Shown: in pieces, positions 46,126 through 55,900 of the stretch
How positions within the stretch are numbered: the stretch's first letter is position 1
How the letters are laid out: the number at the start of each line of letters is the position of its first letter
Assembly (NCBI GenBank): GCA_964610875.1
Contig: CAZSWP010000014.1
Coordinates: 1-64,000, forward strand
DNA length: 64,000 nucleotides
Origin: an uncultured archaeon
GTDB lineage: Archaea > Asgardarchaeota > Thorarchaeia > Thorarchaeales > Thorarchaeaceae
Direction of reading: 5' to 3'
Notes under the pieces: generated by a model
What the model was told of the DNA's origin: nothing
The model's database searches: none
Seen by the model: only the letters and a program-made list of their open reading frames with translations
Made by a program: the position numbers and the translations under genes

Positions 46126-48093
46126 ATGGATAGACGAAGAACCGGTGGAATATTGTTCATTCTTGTTGTTGTTATATCGAGTACATTTGCATTGCTATAT
46201 TTCATGCAACCTGAAAATGGTACTAGTGGAATAGATGACACAGAGATCGAATTAAGCCCCCTAAACAAGTTGAATTGGTGGGAAGTAGCTTGGGAGTTGT
46301 CTGAATCCCCAGTAGCAAATGGTCTAATATCAAAACTTGCAGGTTTTGCTTCACGGTTTGATGGAGAACCCGGTTTCTACGAGGCTGCTAATTATCTATT
46401 CGGATTATTTGAAGATTTTTCATTACCTGTATCATTCAAAGGCAAACACGATTCTGTGGTTGCTTATCAGGAAGGTTATGGGACAGATAATCGTGCATTA
46501 GTATTTGGGGCACACCTTGATTCTGCTCTTCTTGGTCAATTCACTGGGAACATGGGAGTGAACAACAATGCTGCTGGCTGTGGTGTCGTGATGATGATTG
46601 CTGATATTCTTTCTCAATACCGGTTGCCAATAGACATCTACTATTGTTTCTTTGCGGGGAACTTAGAAATTCTGGATCCCAATGCCCCCATCCAAATGTT
46701 CTATGGGGCTGAAGAGGTAGCAAACATTCTGAATGAAACAGGCGTTGATGTAATTGCTAGTTATAATTTTGATGAATTACTCTATTATGACCCTGAGCAA
46801 GGAGAACAAGACCGACTCATTGTGGAATACAAACAAGGTGTCTATTCGAGAACAAAGTATCTGGCAGACCTTCTTGAAGCCTTCATGAAAAGTCTTGGTA
46901 GTGATATTCTGACATCTGTTCTTAATTCACAACGAAAAGCCGATCATCAGAAGTTCTGGTCAAAGGGATATCCTGCTGTTCATATCACAAGTGGCCATAA
47001 GATTCCCATAGGTTATGAAGATACTGACAGATTGAATAACCCTGACTGGAATTATACGCAAGCTTTCATGATTGCCAGAGCGGCTGCTGCAACTGGAGTC
47101 TATTTAGCTTTAAGTGGAGATGGGCATGATATTGATTATAAGATGGATTCCATTATCACTGGTCTTCAAACGCAGAGGATTGTAATACCCTTGACTCATA
47201 TCCAGTCTGTCCAAATTTCTGGTAGTATTGAAACAGATCGAAATGTTGTTCTCAACTTTGGTAACACTTCTCTAGTATTTGAGTCCGAACAAGTGTCAGC
47301 CAACTTCACAACTAGCTTTGAAATCACAAACAGAGGTCTGTTTGAACTTGCAATTGAAAATCCAATTAATGAGTCAATTTCTGTCAAGATTCATCTAAAA
47401 TACAGCAATGATATGGATGGTGATGGGGTTTCTGATGCAGATCAGTACTCATGGCCAGAGCCGGACCCACCATTAGATTGGGACAGTGATGGCTTACCTG
47501 ATAAGTTAGAGAGATATCTGGGTACAGATGTATTTCACAAAGATACTGATAGAGATGAAATCTGGGACGGCATAGAGGTAGACAATAACCTCGATCCTCT
47601 TCGCAATGACCTTCAAGAGGACCCAGATGAGGATAAGGTCGTAAACGAGAAGGAAATCTTCTACGGCACGGACCCATTCAATAGCGATACTGACAATGAT
47701 GGGATGGATGATGGATGGGAGATCCAATATCACACTAATCCAACCGTTAATGATGCTACTGATGACCCCGATAATGATACGCTGACAAACATAGAAGAGT
47801 ACGAATACGGATCAGACCCTATGTCCGCAGATGGTGATAACGACGGACTGCCTGATGTGTATGAGGTAGAAATCGGTACAGATCCCCTATCTAAGGACTC
47901 CGACCAAGATGGTTTGGAGGACCGTCTTGAACTACTAGAAGGTTTGGATCCGCTAAATCCTGATTATGATGTTGATATGGCTGAAGATGGTGATGATGCT
48001 AACCCACGAATCAGTGTGTTGGTTGTTCTGGGCCTTATGATTACACTTCCCGTTGGTTTTGGATTTGTATATTTCAGAAAACGTGTGGTTTAG
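46126..48093 (+). CDS. M28-peptidase-like ectodomain + DxDxDG Ca-binding repeats, anchored by N- and C-terminal TM segments
   Basis: GAHLDS, YNFDEL, ADH..F...GYPAV; ~8 D(S/T)DxDG/DP repeats (~47405-48000); ATG 46126 after gaggt. Confidence 0.78.
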   Translation: MDRRRTGGILFILVVVISSTFALLYFMQPENGTSGIDDTEIELSPLNKLNWWEVAWELSESPVANGLISKLAGFASRFDGEPGFYEAANYLFGLFEDFSLPVSFKGKHDSVVAYQEGYGTDNRALVFGAHLDSALLGQFTGNMGVNNNAAGCGVVMMIADILSQYRLPIDIYYCFFAGNLEILDPNAPIQMFYGAEEVANILNETGVDVIASYNFDELLYYDPEQGEQDRLIVEYKQGVYSRTKYLADLLEAFMKSLGSDILTSVLNSQRKADHQKFWSKGYPAVHITSGHKIPIGYEDTDRLNNPDWNYTQAFMIARAAAATGVYLALSGDGHDIDYKMDSIITGLQTQRIVIPLTHIQSVQISGSIETDRNVVLNFGNTSLVFESEQVSANFTTSFEITNRGLFELAIENPINESISVKIHLKYSNDMDGDGVSDADQYSWPEPDPPLDWDSDGLPDKLERYLGTDVFHKDTDRDEIWDGIEVDNNLDPLRNDLQEDPDEDKVVNEKEIFYGTDPFNSDTDNDGMDDGWEIQYHTNPTVNDATDDPDNDTLTNIEEYEYGSDPMSADGDNDGLPDVYEVEIGTDPLSKDSDQDGLEDRLELLEGLDPLNPDYDVDMAEDGDDANPRISVLVVLGLMITLPVGFGFVYFRKRVV

Positions 48094-48119
48094 ACTCTCA
48101 CAACAGTAAATATAGAATT

Positions 48120-48170
48120 GAAAAAGAAGTGGGATTGGAAAACAAAGCTTTCAGGCAATGTTTTCCATTA
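48120..48170 (-). terminator. Hairpin plus U-tract after malic enzyme
   Basis: tggaaaaca / tgttttcca stem; the minus strand continues cttcttttt. Confidence 0.45.
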
Positions 48171-48176
48171 TCTAAT

Positions 48177-49538
48177 CTATGTCTTAGGTGCTTTTGGTAT
48201 GTAACCTTTCTCATAGAGAATCTCTGAAGACTTGCGAGCAGTTCTAATGATGTCCTCTGCATGCTTATAGAGGTCTTTCTCATCCCACTCTACTCTTGCA
48301 ATGCCTTGTTCAATGGCCTTCATACCGACAGCAGTGGCTTCTAATGGGTAAAGATCCCATTGGTCCATTGTTGGAATGACTTTCTTCTCACTTACTTCCT
48401 TTGCACCAAGGTCTGCTAGTGCTTGGGCTGCTGCAACACACATCTCATCAGTAATGGTGTGAGCACGCACATCCAGAGTGCCTCTGAAGATACCTGGGAA
48501 GCCAAGTGAATTGTTGATTTGATTATCAAAGTCACTTCGTCCTGTTCCGACTATTCTGGCACCTGCATCCTTTGCATCCCATGGCCAAATCTCAGGTAGT
48601 GGGTTTGCGCAGGCATAAACTATTGCATCGTCAGCCATCTTTGAAATCCATTCTTTCTTGACAGTTCCTGGAACTGGTCGTGAGGCTGTTATCAACACAT
48701 CCATTCCTTCAATAACATCACCAAGGTTTCCAGTCATTCTGTCTGGATTGGTCTTCTGTGCAAGGTCATACTTGAACGTGTCATAGTCTTTCTCTTCGAC
48801 GATATCCTCACGATCTGCGTAGATTGCACCTTTACTATCAACCATGACAGTGTTTTTCGGGTCCACACCTGCTGCAAAGAGCAAGTAAGCAGTCCTTGTA
48901 TTTGCTGCTCCTACTCCGAGGAGTGCAACCTTGATATTCTCTATGTCCTTCTTCACAACATTGAGACCGCCAAGTACTCCTGCCAGAACAACTGTACCAG
49001 TACCCTGTGCATCATCGTGCCAGACGGGAATCTTGACCTCTGGGTCATTCCTTAGTTTTTCAAGAACATCGTAACACTTGGGTTTTGAGATGTCTTCAAG
49101 GTTAATACCACCAAAACTGGGTTGTAGTAATTTCACAGTCTTGATGATTTCGTCTGCATCCTTTGTGTCCAAACATATTGGCCAAGCGTCAACGCCTCCA
49201 AGATATTTGAACAGAATTGCTTTTCCTTCCATAACGGGGCCTGCTGCATATGGACCAATGTCACCAAGTCCGAGAACTCGAGTGCCATCACTTACGACAG
49301 CTACCATGTTACCTCTGTTCAGCATTTCGTAGGAGGCTTCTTGATCTTCCTTTATTGCCAAGCAAGCTTTAGCAACTCCTGGAGTATACCAGATTGCAAA
49401 GTCTGAGAAATCACGTACGGGTGCTTTTCCTATAGATTGAATCTTCCCCTTATAGAATGGATGAAGAATCATAGCATCCTTACCTGGCTTCTCTGCTTTC
49501 TTCTTAAGTTCTTCAATTGTCTTCTCGTCAGAAGTCAA
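48177..49538 (-). CDS. NAD(P)-dependent malic enzyme
   Basis: WYTPGVA, VSDGTRVLGLGDIG, MEGKA, GGINLEDI, HDDAQGT, ANPLPEI, TGRSD, NQINN. Probable TTG start at 49538. Confidence 0.95.
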   Translation of the reverse strand: MTSDEKTIEELKKKAEKPGKDAMILHPFYKGKIQSIGKAPVRDFSDFAIWYTPGVAKACLAIKEDQEASYEMLNRGNMVAVVSDGTRVLGLGDIGPYAAGPVMEGKAILFKYLGGVDAWPICLDTKDADEIIKTVKLLQPSFGGINLEDISKPKCYDVLEKLRNDPEVKIPVWHDDAQGTGTVVLAGVLGGLNVVKKDIENIKVALLGVGAANTRTAYLLFAAGVDPKNTVMVDSKGAIYADREDIVEEKDYDTFKYDLAQKTNPDRMTGNLGDVIEGMDVLITASRPVPGTVKKEWISKMADDAIVYACANPLPEIWPWDAKDAGARIVGTGRSDFDNQINNSLGFPGIFRGTLDVRAHTITDEMCVAAAQALADLGAKEVSEKKVIPTMDQWDLYPLEATAVGMKAIEQGIARVEWDEKDLYKHAEDIIRTARKSSEILYEKGYIPKAPKT

Positions 49539-49753
49539 AGTATTTGCCCCTTGTATTATACTAGCCAGCTTAAGTGGGCCAGACAAGAACGAGCTGAAAA
49601 TAGGCCTATATTAAAGACTATCCATAGGGAATATTCGCTCAGAGAATGGTAAAATCGATTCTCGTCAAGTAACACTTCTAAATTCAAAATGTGTGGGACG
49701 CAATTCATAGACACATGGGAATCATCAAATGAAAAGATTCTGAGTGTATCCTT

Positions 49754-50482
49754 ATGGACGATAATATCGGCGAAAGATTTCATGCTATGACAAAATATGC
49801 TCGAGGAAACTTACCGAGGCATATGCTTGACTGGGACAAGAAACCATCAGTTTACAAGGAATACAATGACGTGCCCAAAATACCTCTCCCCAAACCTAAT
49901 GTGACTGGTGGAGGTGCCTTATGGGAAATTATTGAAAGAAGGAGAAGTGTTCGTGCATATGCTGAGATTCCTATCTCACTAGAACAAGTTTCCCAATTAC
50001 TTTGGGCTACACAGGGTATTACAGGGCGGGTTGGTGGATATGAGCTTCGCGCTGCACCATCAGCAGGAGCTCTTTATCCAATCGAGACCTACCTGTCTGT
50101 ACACAAGGTTACAGGAATTGAACAAGGTCTCTACCACTATACTCCGTCATCTCATTATTTAGACCAGCTCAAGAAGGGTGATTATTCGACAACAGTTGCA
50201 TCTAGTGCACTTGACCAACAAATGGCCAAGAAAGCCCCACTCGTCTTTATCTGGAGTGCTGTTTTCCCTAGGTCAAAATGGAAATATCTGCAGCGTGCCT
50301 ATCGCTATGTATTCTTGGATGCAGGTCATATTGCACAAAATCTAGCACTTGCTTCAGAATCATTGGGGCTAAGTAGCTGTCAGATTGCTGCAATCTATGA
50401 TAATGAAATGAATGTATTGCTTGACATAGACGGTGAATCTGAGAGTGTCATCTATCTTAGTGTAGTAGGTAAATCGCGATGA
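49754..50482 (+). CDS. SagB/ThcOx-family nitroreductase-like flavoprotein
   Basis: RRSVRAY, LRAAPSAGALYPIE, KY.RAYRY..LDAGHIAQN. Confidence 0.9.
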   Translation: MDDNIGERFHAMTKYARGNLPRHMLDWDKKPSVYKEYNDVPKIPLPKPNVTGGGALWEIIERRRSVRAYAEIPISLEQVSQLLWATQGITGRVGGYELRAAPSAGALYPIETYLSVHKVTGIEQGLYHYTPSSHYLDQLKKGDYSTTVASSALDQQMAKKAPLVFIWSAVFPRSKWKYLQRAYRYVFLDAGHIAQNLALASESLGLSSCQIAAIYDNEMNVLLDIDGESESVIYLSVVGKSR

Positions 50483-50495
50483 CAAAATGTATGAC

Positions 50496-50978
50496 CTATA
50501 TCTTCAAGCCCCAGAATTCAACTATCTGTTCTGCGTGTTTACTAGATTTGACTTTTTCAACGCCCTTTGAACCACCAAACACTCCCTCGATTTTTCCCTC
50601 CTCATCAATAAGGAATGTTATCCGTTTGACTCCAAGAAGTTCTTTTCCCAGTAATTTGATTGGTTTGTAAACTCCATATAGCTTTGCAATTTCATTGTCC
50701 TCGTCAACCAGTAATGGGAAATTCAGATCGTATTTCTCTTTGAACTTCTGATGCGACTCTGCATTTCCTCCAGATATTCCAAACACAGGGACTCCTGCAT
50801 CTTCGAATACATCATAGCTATCTCTTATCGAGCATGCCTCAGCTGTGCATCCTGGAGTGAAATCCTTTGGATAGAAGTAGAGTACTATTCTCTTACCTCT
50901 ATGTTCACTCAATCTAAACTTGTTTCCAGACTCATCAACTGTAGTGAAATCTGGTGCTATATCTCCTTCATCTAACAT
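50496..50978 (-). CDS. bcp: Peroxiredoxin Bcp/PrxQ (copy 2)
   Basis: YFYPKDFTPGCTAEAC, RITFLID. Confidence 0.93.
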   Translation of the reverse strand: MLDEGDIAPDFTTVDESGNKFRLSEHRGKRIVLYFYPKDFTPGCTAEACSIRDSYDVFEDAGVPVFGISGGNAESHQKFKEKYDLNFPLLVDEDNEIAKLYGVYKPIKLLGKELLGVKRITFLIDEEGKIEGVFGGSKGVEKVKSSKHAEQIVEFWGLKI

Positions 50979-51019
50979 AATTCTTCACCATTCCCACTTC
51001 TTGGAATTATTTTAATCTA

Positions 51020-51502
51020 CTATATTTTGAGGTCCCAATATTTTATGACTTGATCAGCGTGTTCCTTGGTCTTTACTTTCTCTATGCCTTCAGGTCCACC
51101 AAAAATTCCCTCAATTTTCCCATCTTCATCAATGAGAAAAGTAGTTCTTTCAATACCCATGTACTCTTTTCCGTACATTTTCTTCTTTTTGTAAACTCCA
51201 TAGAGCTTTGCTATTTCAAACTCCTCATCCATTAGCAGAGGGAACGGTAGATTGTATTTATTCTTGAAGTTCTGGTGTGATTTTTCACTGCCGGCTGATA
51301 TTCCGAATACCGGAATATCATTAGATGTGAAAGCATCCCAGGAGTCTCGTATTGAGCAAGCTTCTGCTGTGCAACCTGTTGTATTATCCTTTGGATAGAA
51401 ATAAACCATGACCTTCTTTCCTCGGTGGTCACTCAGTTTGAATTTATCTCCATTTTCTGTGGTTGTTTCAAAATTAGGTGCTTTATCTCCCTTTTTTAGC
51501 AT
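51020..51502 (-). CDS. bcp: Peroxiredoxin Bcp/PrxQ (copy 1)
   Basis: YFYPKDNTTGCTAEAC, KKMYGKEYMGIERTTFLID. Confidence 0.93.
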   Translation of the reverse strand: MLKKGDKAPNFETTTENGDKFKLSDHRGKKVMVYFYPKDNTTGCTAEACSIRDSWDAFTSNDIPVFGISAGSEKSHQNFKNKYNLPFPLLMDEEFEIAKLYGVYKKKKMYGKEYMGIERTTFLIDEDGKIEGIFGGPEGIEKVKTKEHADQVIKYWDLKI

Positions 51503-51635
51503 TTGATTAACTCCACCAATTCACTATTGTTAATGAGAGTCTGTATATCCCTATTAAACCTTTTGAAAGATGAAAGTACTACTAAGCAATCCTTAAAGAG
51601 AAGAGATATTGTTGAAGGTTCAAGGAGATTGATGC

Positions 51636-52640
51636 ATGTCGGAGGAAATAGTACAGAACAAACCATTGGCGAAATACATCTCAATGTTGTTCTCTTTGTT
51701 TATTCTTTATCCTATTGGATTTTATCTGATATTACCTTGGTATGGAACGATGAATTGGCCATTTCTGATTATAGATTTCATTGTTATTCCTTTGTTCCTG
51801 ATTTTTTCTAGTTTTTTCATAGGTTGGATTATGAAAAAGAATGCAATAGATTACAAAAGACCAAAGTGGGATTTTAAGACCAAGTCATTCTCCCTTGATG
51901 AGATTAAAACGAGCCTAAAGGGTTCGACAAATGGGAATTCTAGAGTTGAAGCAAAACCACATTTCTGGTTTTTCTTTACTCCAATTGTAGTGTCATTATT
52001 TCTATTATCTATAGCTCTCTATAGCATGTTAGTTAGCTGGTTTCCTCTTGACTTCCTATTATTTGTTCTAGTAACCAGTTACTTACTTCTACACAGTTTT
52101 TCATTTTGGAGCGCGTGGCGCGCAACATCAAATAATGCTACTGATGATTTCATTAAACTGCTAATTACCGAGAATCTTCAACTGGCAAAAACGCAATCAC
52201 GACTTCCAGGTGTTTCCGATATCAAATTACTCATTGAAACTGCGGATGAAAAGGGCTATTCAGTATTTCGTAATCCGAGAGTGTTATTCCGAGTTAATGG
52301 ATTGGAAAAATCGAGTTATGTAGAATCCCGGACTGACGAGCTGGGTTCAATTATCCGATTACGCGCAGGTCTACTCGACAACCAGAATCGTCCACTAGTG
52401 GAATGGTTCTGGCACTCCCGTGATAGATTCTTCAGAAAAGAAAACCGGTTGAACAATGACTCATATTATGTTGAGAACCCTGTACCAATGACTGCATCGG
52501 AGCTTGGAGTGAAGGATGTTCATCTAGTTACCATGAATGCAATAGCTTTGGTCATCTTAGAATATGGGAAAATACATGAGGACTGGACCTATGGTACTGA
52601 GATATTGGAAAAAATGGGTATTGCTCAAGCTATACCTTAG
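51636..52640 (+). CDS. Unknown 4-TM membrane protein with soluble C-terminal domain (paralogue 1)
   Basis: 2 TM + loop + 2 TM + soluble domain; similar to the two following ORFs. Confidence 0.75.
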   Translation: MSEEIVQNKPLAKYISMLFSLFILYPIGFYLILPWYGTMNWPFLIIDFIVIPLFLIFSSFFIGWIMKKNAIDYKRPKWDFKTKSFSLDEIKTSLKGSTNGNSRVEAKPHFWFFFTPIVVSLFLLSIALYSMLVSWFPLDFLLFVLVTSYLLLHSFSFWSAWRATSNNATDDFIKLLITENLQLAKTQSRLPGVSDIKLLIETADEKGYSVFRNPRVLFRVNGLEKSSYVESRTDELGSIIRLRAGLLDNQNRPLVEWFWHSRDRFFRKENRLNNDSYYVENPVPMTASELGVKDVHLVTMNAIALVILEYGKIHEDWTYGTEILEKMGIAQAIP

Positions 52641-52661
52641 TTTTCAGGGAAGCGGTTCTCA

Positions 52662-53567
52662 GTGACTTCAAAACAACCCTTTGTTGAAACACCTTGGTAT
52701 CAGACCATGATTCTTTTCTTCATCTTGTTTTTTTGGGCAGTATTTAGTGGTTGGGTTGCTGAATTCTCACTGACTTTTATTGTAACGGAACCAGTGACTT
52801 GGATTATATTGTCAACACTATATTTGCTCGGTCTAACTCTACAGATATTCTTCCTGACAAGATGGATGAAGAGTAGTCTTCATTTTCCAGAACTCGAGTG
52901 GCAATACAAGAAAGCATACGTTGAATATGATGAGTATAAGAAAATGGCATCTGAATACCATATTTCTTACTCCTTTGCCTTAGCACAAGGTCTACAAATT
53001 ATGCCTCTGCTGGTTTCTCTTCTTATTGCAATTATCGCTATACTCCTTCCAGTTTATTGGGCAATGACTGTACCTTACCTCTTGGTCTCTTTACCAGGCA
53101 TATTTGGCATAGAAGTGATGATCTTTTCGATATCGCTTAGTATTGCACTATACAGGATGATGCCCTCATCGCAAAAAAGCGGTTTCAGGGCAGCTAATCC
53201 GAAATTATTCGAGAAAGCAATGAAAATCTTCGAAGAGATTGACGATATCTCCTGGTATGGAATAGAATGCCTGATTGGAGAATCAGGTGGATATTTCACT
53301 ATACCTGAAGCAAGACCAGTAGGCAGAGTTAGTGGATTCGAGAGCGTGATTGGAATCATTCTCTATGTCGACGAAAGGGGAATTACTAGTAAAGTAGTAG
53401 GATGGGTTACAGAAACATCAAATCAAACTGATGAATTTAAGACGAAGATTGAAATATCCTCTCCAACTATAATAATGATTGAAGATCTTATTGATTCACT
53501 GATTGAACAATATCTTGATTCTCGGGAGCTTGATGTAGATACAAAGGAATTACTTGAAGAATTCTGA
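52662..53567 (+). CDS. Unknown 4-TM membrane protein (paralogue 2)
   Basis: Same topology as its neighbours; GTG start. Confidence 0.75.
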   Translation: MTSKQPFVETPWYQTMILFFILFFWAVFSGWVAEFSLTFIVTEPVTWIILSTLYLLGLTLQIFFLTRWMKSSLHFPELEWQYKKAYVEYDEYKKMASEYHISYSFALAQGLQIMPLLVSLLIAIIAILLPVYWAMTVPYLLVSLPGIFGIEVMIFSISLSIALYRMMPSSQKSGFRAANPKLFEKAMKIFEEIDDISWYGIECLIGESGGYFTIPEARPVGRVSGFESVIGIILYVDERGITSKVVGWVTETSNQTDEFKTKIEISSPTIIMIEDLIDSLIEQYLDSRELDVDTKELLEEF

Positions 53568-53650
53568 AGTTAAACTCCGCAATTGCTAATCCGATTACCT
53601 TATGATGTATTATGTGAATGTCATTTCGAAAGTTGTAGGATGATTTCAAG

Positions 53651-54625
53651 ATGTCTGAGGAGAACATTGTAAGTTATTCACGTCAAAGGATTGTAAATCG
53701 CATCTTCATTGTATTTGTAATTACTGTGATTATTGCTATATCCATCTGGATTTATCTCAGTGGATTAGAAGCATTTGAAGTCTTAATCTTCTCATTTTTC
53801 CTAATTCCTCTTGGTGTTCTATTAGTTTCAGCAATCTTGGGAGCTGCCTCAAAAAAGGGAATTGACTATATTCCAGGAGAATGGGAAGAATCATCAAAAT
53901 GGGTTGGTTTTTCTGAATATCGCGAGATTGCGAATAAGTATGAGGAAGCGTATGGTCATCTCTATGCCCATTCTGATTCAAGCTGCAATATTCTCTGTTT
54001 CCTCATCATTGCTCCCATGCTTGGTTTTGGCGTTCTTGCATATATCGAAATTGCTACTCCACTCTTTTCTAAAATGATTGATACCCTCCTATTGACAGTA
54101 ATCTACTATTGTCTCATTACAGTGCTTGGATTCCTTATGGGTTTCAGAATACCTACTATTGACTCGGATGCATTTTTCAAAGCCCCAGCTTCTGGTGATG
54201 ACTTTGAGTTTACTGAAGCTCTCAACTCAGTGAGTGGATTAAAAGCTGGTATGAATGTTAAAATGGGTCGTAGATCTGGTGTTCAAACACTTATCGAAGC
54301 TGAACCGAAGATTTTCATCGAAGGTCTTCCAGATACTGTTACAATAAAGGTACAGGTTTCACATTCTGGATTTGCTTATCCCTATCTTGTAGGTACAATA
54401 TACAAGGGTCCAAAAGTTCCTGATTTTGAGGAAGGATATGGGATAAGAACAAGATACCCTGCATTGATTGAAACCTCAATGGATGGAGAGGTAGCTGTAT
54501 TTGTAGCTCGGTTTGACATTCCAAAGAGAACAAGTAGTGTACCCAGTATCTCCGACCGTGACTTCAGGAAATTAGCAAAATTACTCGTTGAGAGAATGAA
54601 AGAATCTTACAATAGAGGTGCTTGA
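53651..54625 (+). CDS. Unknown 4-TM membrane protein (paralogue 3)
   Basis: Same topology as its neighbours. Confidence 0.75.
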   Translation: MSEENIVSYSRQRIVNRIFIVFVITVIIAISIWIYLSGLEAFEVLIFSFFLIPLGVLLVSAILGAASKKGIDYIPGEWEESSKWVGFSEYREIANKYEEAYGHLYAHSDSSCNILCFLIIAPMLGFGVLAYIEIATPLFSKMIDTLLLTVIYYCLITVLGFLMGFRIPTIDSDAFFKAPASGDDFEFTEALNSVSGLKAGMNVKMGRRSGVQTLIEAEPKIFIEGLPDTVTIKVQVSHSGFAYPYLVGTIYKGPKVPDFEEGYGIRTRYPALIETSMDGEVAVFVARFDIPKRTSSVPSISDRDFRKLAKLLVERMKESYNRGA

Positions 54626-54702
54626 TGACAGACATCTTTAATTAGAGCGTCTTTTCCACAGGTCTTTAGTGGACTAATCTATACCACGGAGATGACATTC
54701 AA

Positions 54703-55017
54703 ATGGCTTCAAATTGGACAAATAAGTGGGTTCTGTTACTTCTTTTCGGATTATTAATCCAAACGATTATCTATCCGGTGATTGCGTTTCTAAAACCTGT
54801 TGCTTTCGCAGGTCATCTATATTTCTATGACGTTTGCATCATTGCATTCATTTCGCTTATAATCCAGTATTTTGGCTTTGGAATAATTATGTCTAAAACG
54901 AAGAATGAGGACCCTGAAATATATGGACAGGGAAGACCTTTCCAGCATAAGCTCCGTGAAGAGGACCATGAAGTTGCAGATCGTAAACCTACTCATGCTG
55001 ATTCTCAGGAGAGCTGA
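54703..55017 (+). CDS. Small 2-TM membrane protein
   Basis: Two hydrophobic segments and a charged tail; SD ggag. Confidence 0.65.
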   Translation: MASNWTNKWVLLLLFGLLIQTIIYPVIAFLKPVAFAGHLYFYDVCIIAFISLIIQYFGFGIIMSKTKNEDPEIYGQGRPFQHKLREEDHEVADRKPTHADSQES

Positions 55018-55022
55018 TCTCA

Positions 55023-55859
55023 TTGACAGAAAGTACTAATGAACCTGGACCTATTATGAAATTCATTCAGGACTATAGGATGAAAATGCTGATTCCTGAA
55101 CTCTTGGTTGTCTTTGGTGTGTGGTATATGGCTCCTACATCGTTGACATCAAATATATATACAGCATTCTTTGGTGATTTCAGTATAATATTACAACCTC
55201 TATTTTTCCTACCAAGTGGTATCCTTGCTTTTATGACGGCATTCACATTACATGGAATTTACCCATTGGACAATTACCATGAGGGAAAGATTCCTCATCT
55301 ACCTAGAGCTGCGTTGGTAATGATTATCGTATCATTCATTTTTCTACCTTGGCTCGTACTGATGCAAATGATTGGCTATTACATGACTGAGGCTACAGAA
55401 TATATTAGCAGAAATCCGTTCTGGGAAAGAGTGGAAAGTGTTGGTGATCTGTTGTTCTATGCAGGTCCAATGTTTTTTGTAGCGCTCCAGTGGTGGTTGC
55501 TTATTCCTGTATTCTTCCTAAGTCAGGGTGTTGATGGTATTCATAAGATTGCTCATCATGAAACCTCTAGTGATAATATCACATGGGTATTCTATTCCTT
55601 GTGGCCAATATCTATTCCATTCTTCTTCTCTCCAGTAGAGATTCTGGCAATGGCTGCATTATCCATACCTGCTTTTGCTTTCTATAGCTACATCAGACCG
55701 TACTACACATATGTCACAGCAATTCATACGGCAACTTTCGCTGTTCTTGTTTTAGTGAGCTTCATGTTAGCTCCCTACTTGCCTCTAGTGGATTTATGGT
55801 TCCCAGGATTCATTCCCGACCATATACCTGCTAGATTATTTCCTGGAATTTCATGGTAG
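55023..55859 (+). CDS. Polytopic membrane protein of unknown function
   Basis: About 7 hydrophobic segments; begins 5 nt after the previous stop. Confidence 0.7.
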   Translation: MTESTNEPGPIMKFIQDYRMKMLIPELLVVFGVWYMAPTSLTSNIYTAFFGDFSIILQPLFFLPSGILAFMTAFTLHGIYPLDNYHEGKIPHLPRAALVMIIVSFIFLPWLVLMQMIGYYMTEATEYISRNPFWERVESVGDLLFYAGPMFFVALQWWLLIPVFFLSQGVDGIHKIAHHETSSDNITWVFYSLWPISIPFFFSPVEILAMAALSIPAFAFYSYIRPYYTYVTAIHTATFAVLVLVSFMLAPYLPLVDLWFPGFIPDHIPARLFPGISW

Positions 55860-55867
55860 TAATTAAT

Positions 55868-55900
55868 TGGTGGATGGTTTCATCCCATCCACTTTTGTTT
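55868..55900 (+). terminator. Hairpin plus U-tract
   Basis: gtggatgg / ccatccac, then ttttgtttt. Confidence 0.55.

Noticed and set aside
44826-46268. Track start sites for several ORFs (46268, 16536, 25363, 46066, 49586, 58708, 58772)
   Set aside because: They overlap neighbours or add non-homologous N-termini; downstream starts with SD motifs fit better.
49754-50482. RiPP (azole) biosynthetic cluster
   Set aside because: It is a stand-alone SagB-like gene with no YcaO, precursor peptide or transporter nearby.
50496-51502. Selenoprotein peroxiredoxins / SECIS elements
   Set aside because: Both active sites use Cys codons; I saw no convincing in-frame Sec TGA or SECIS in the window.
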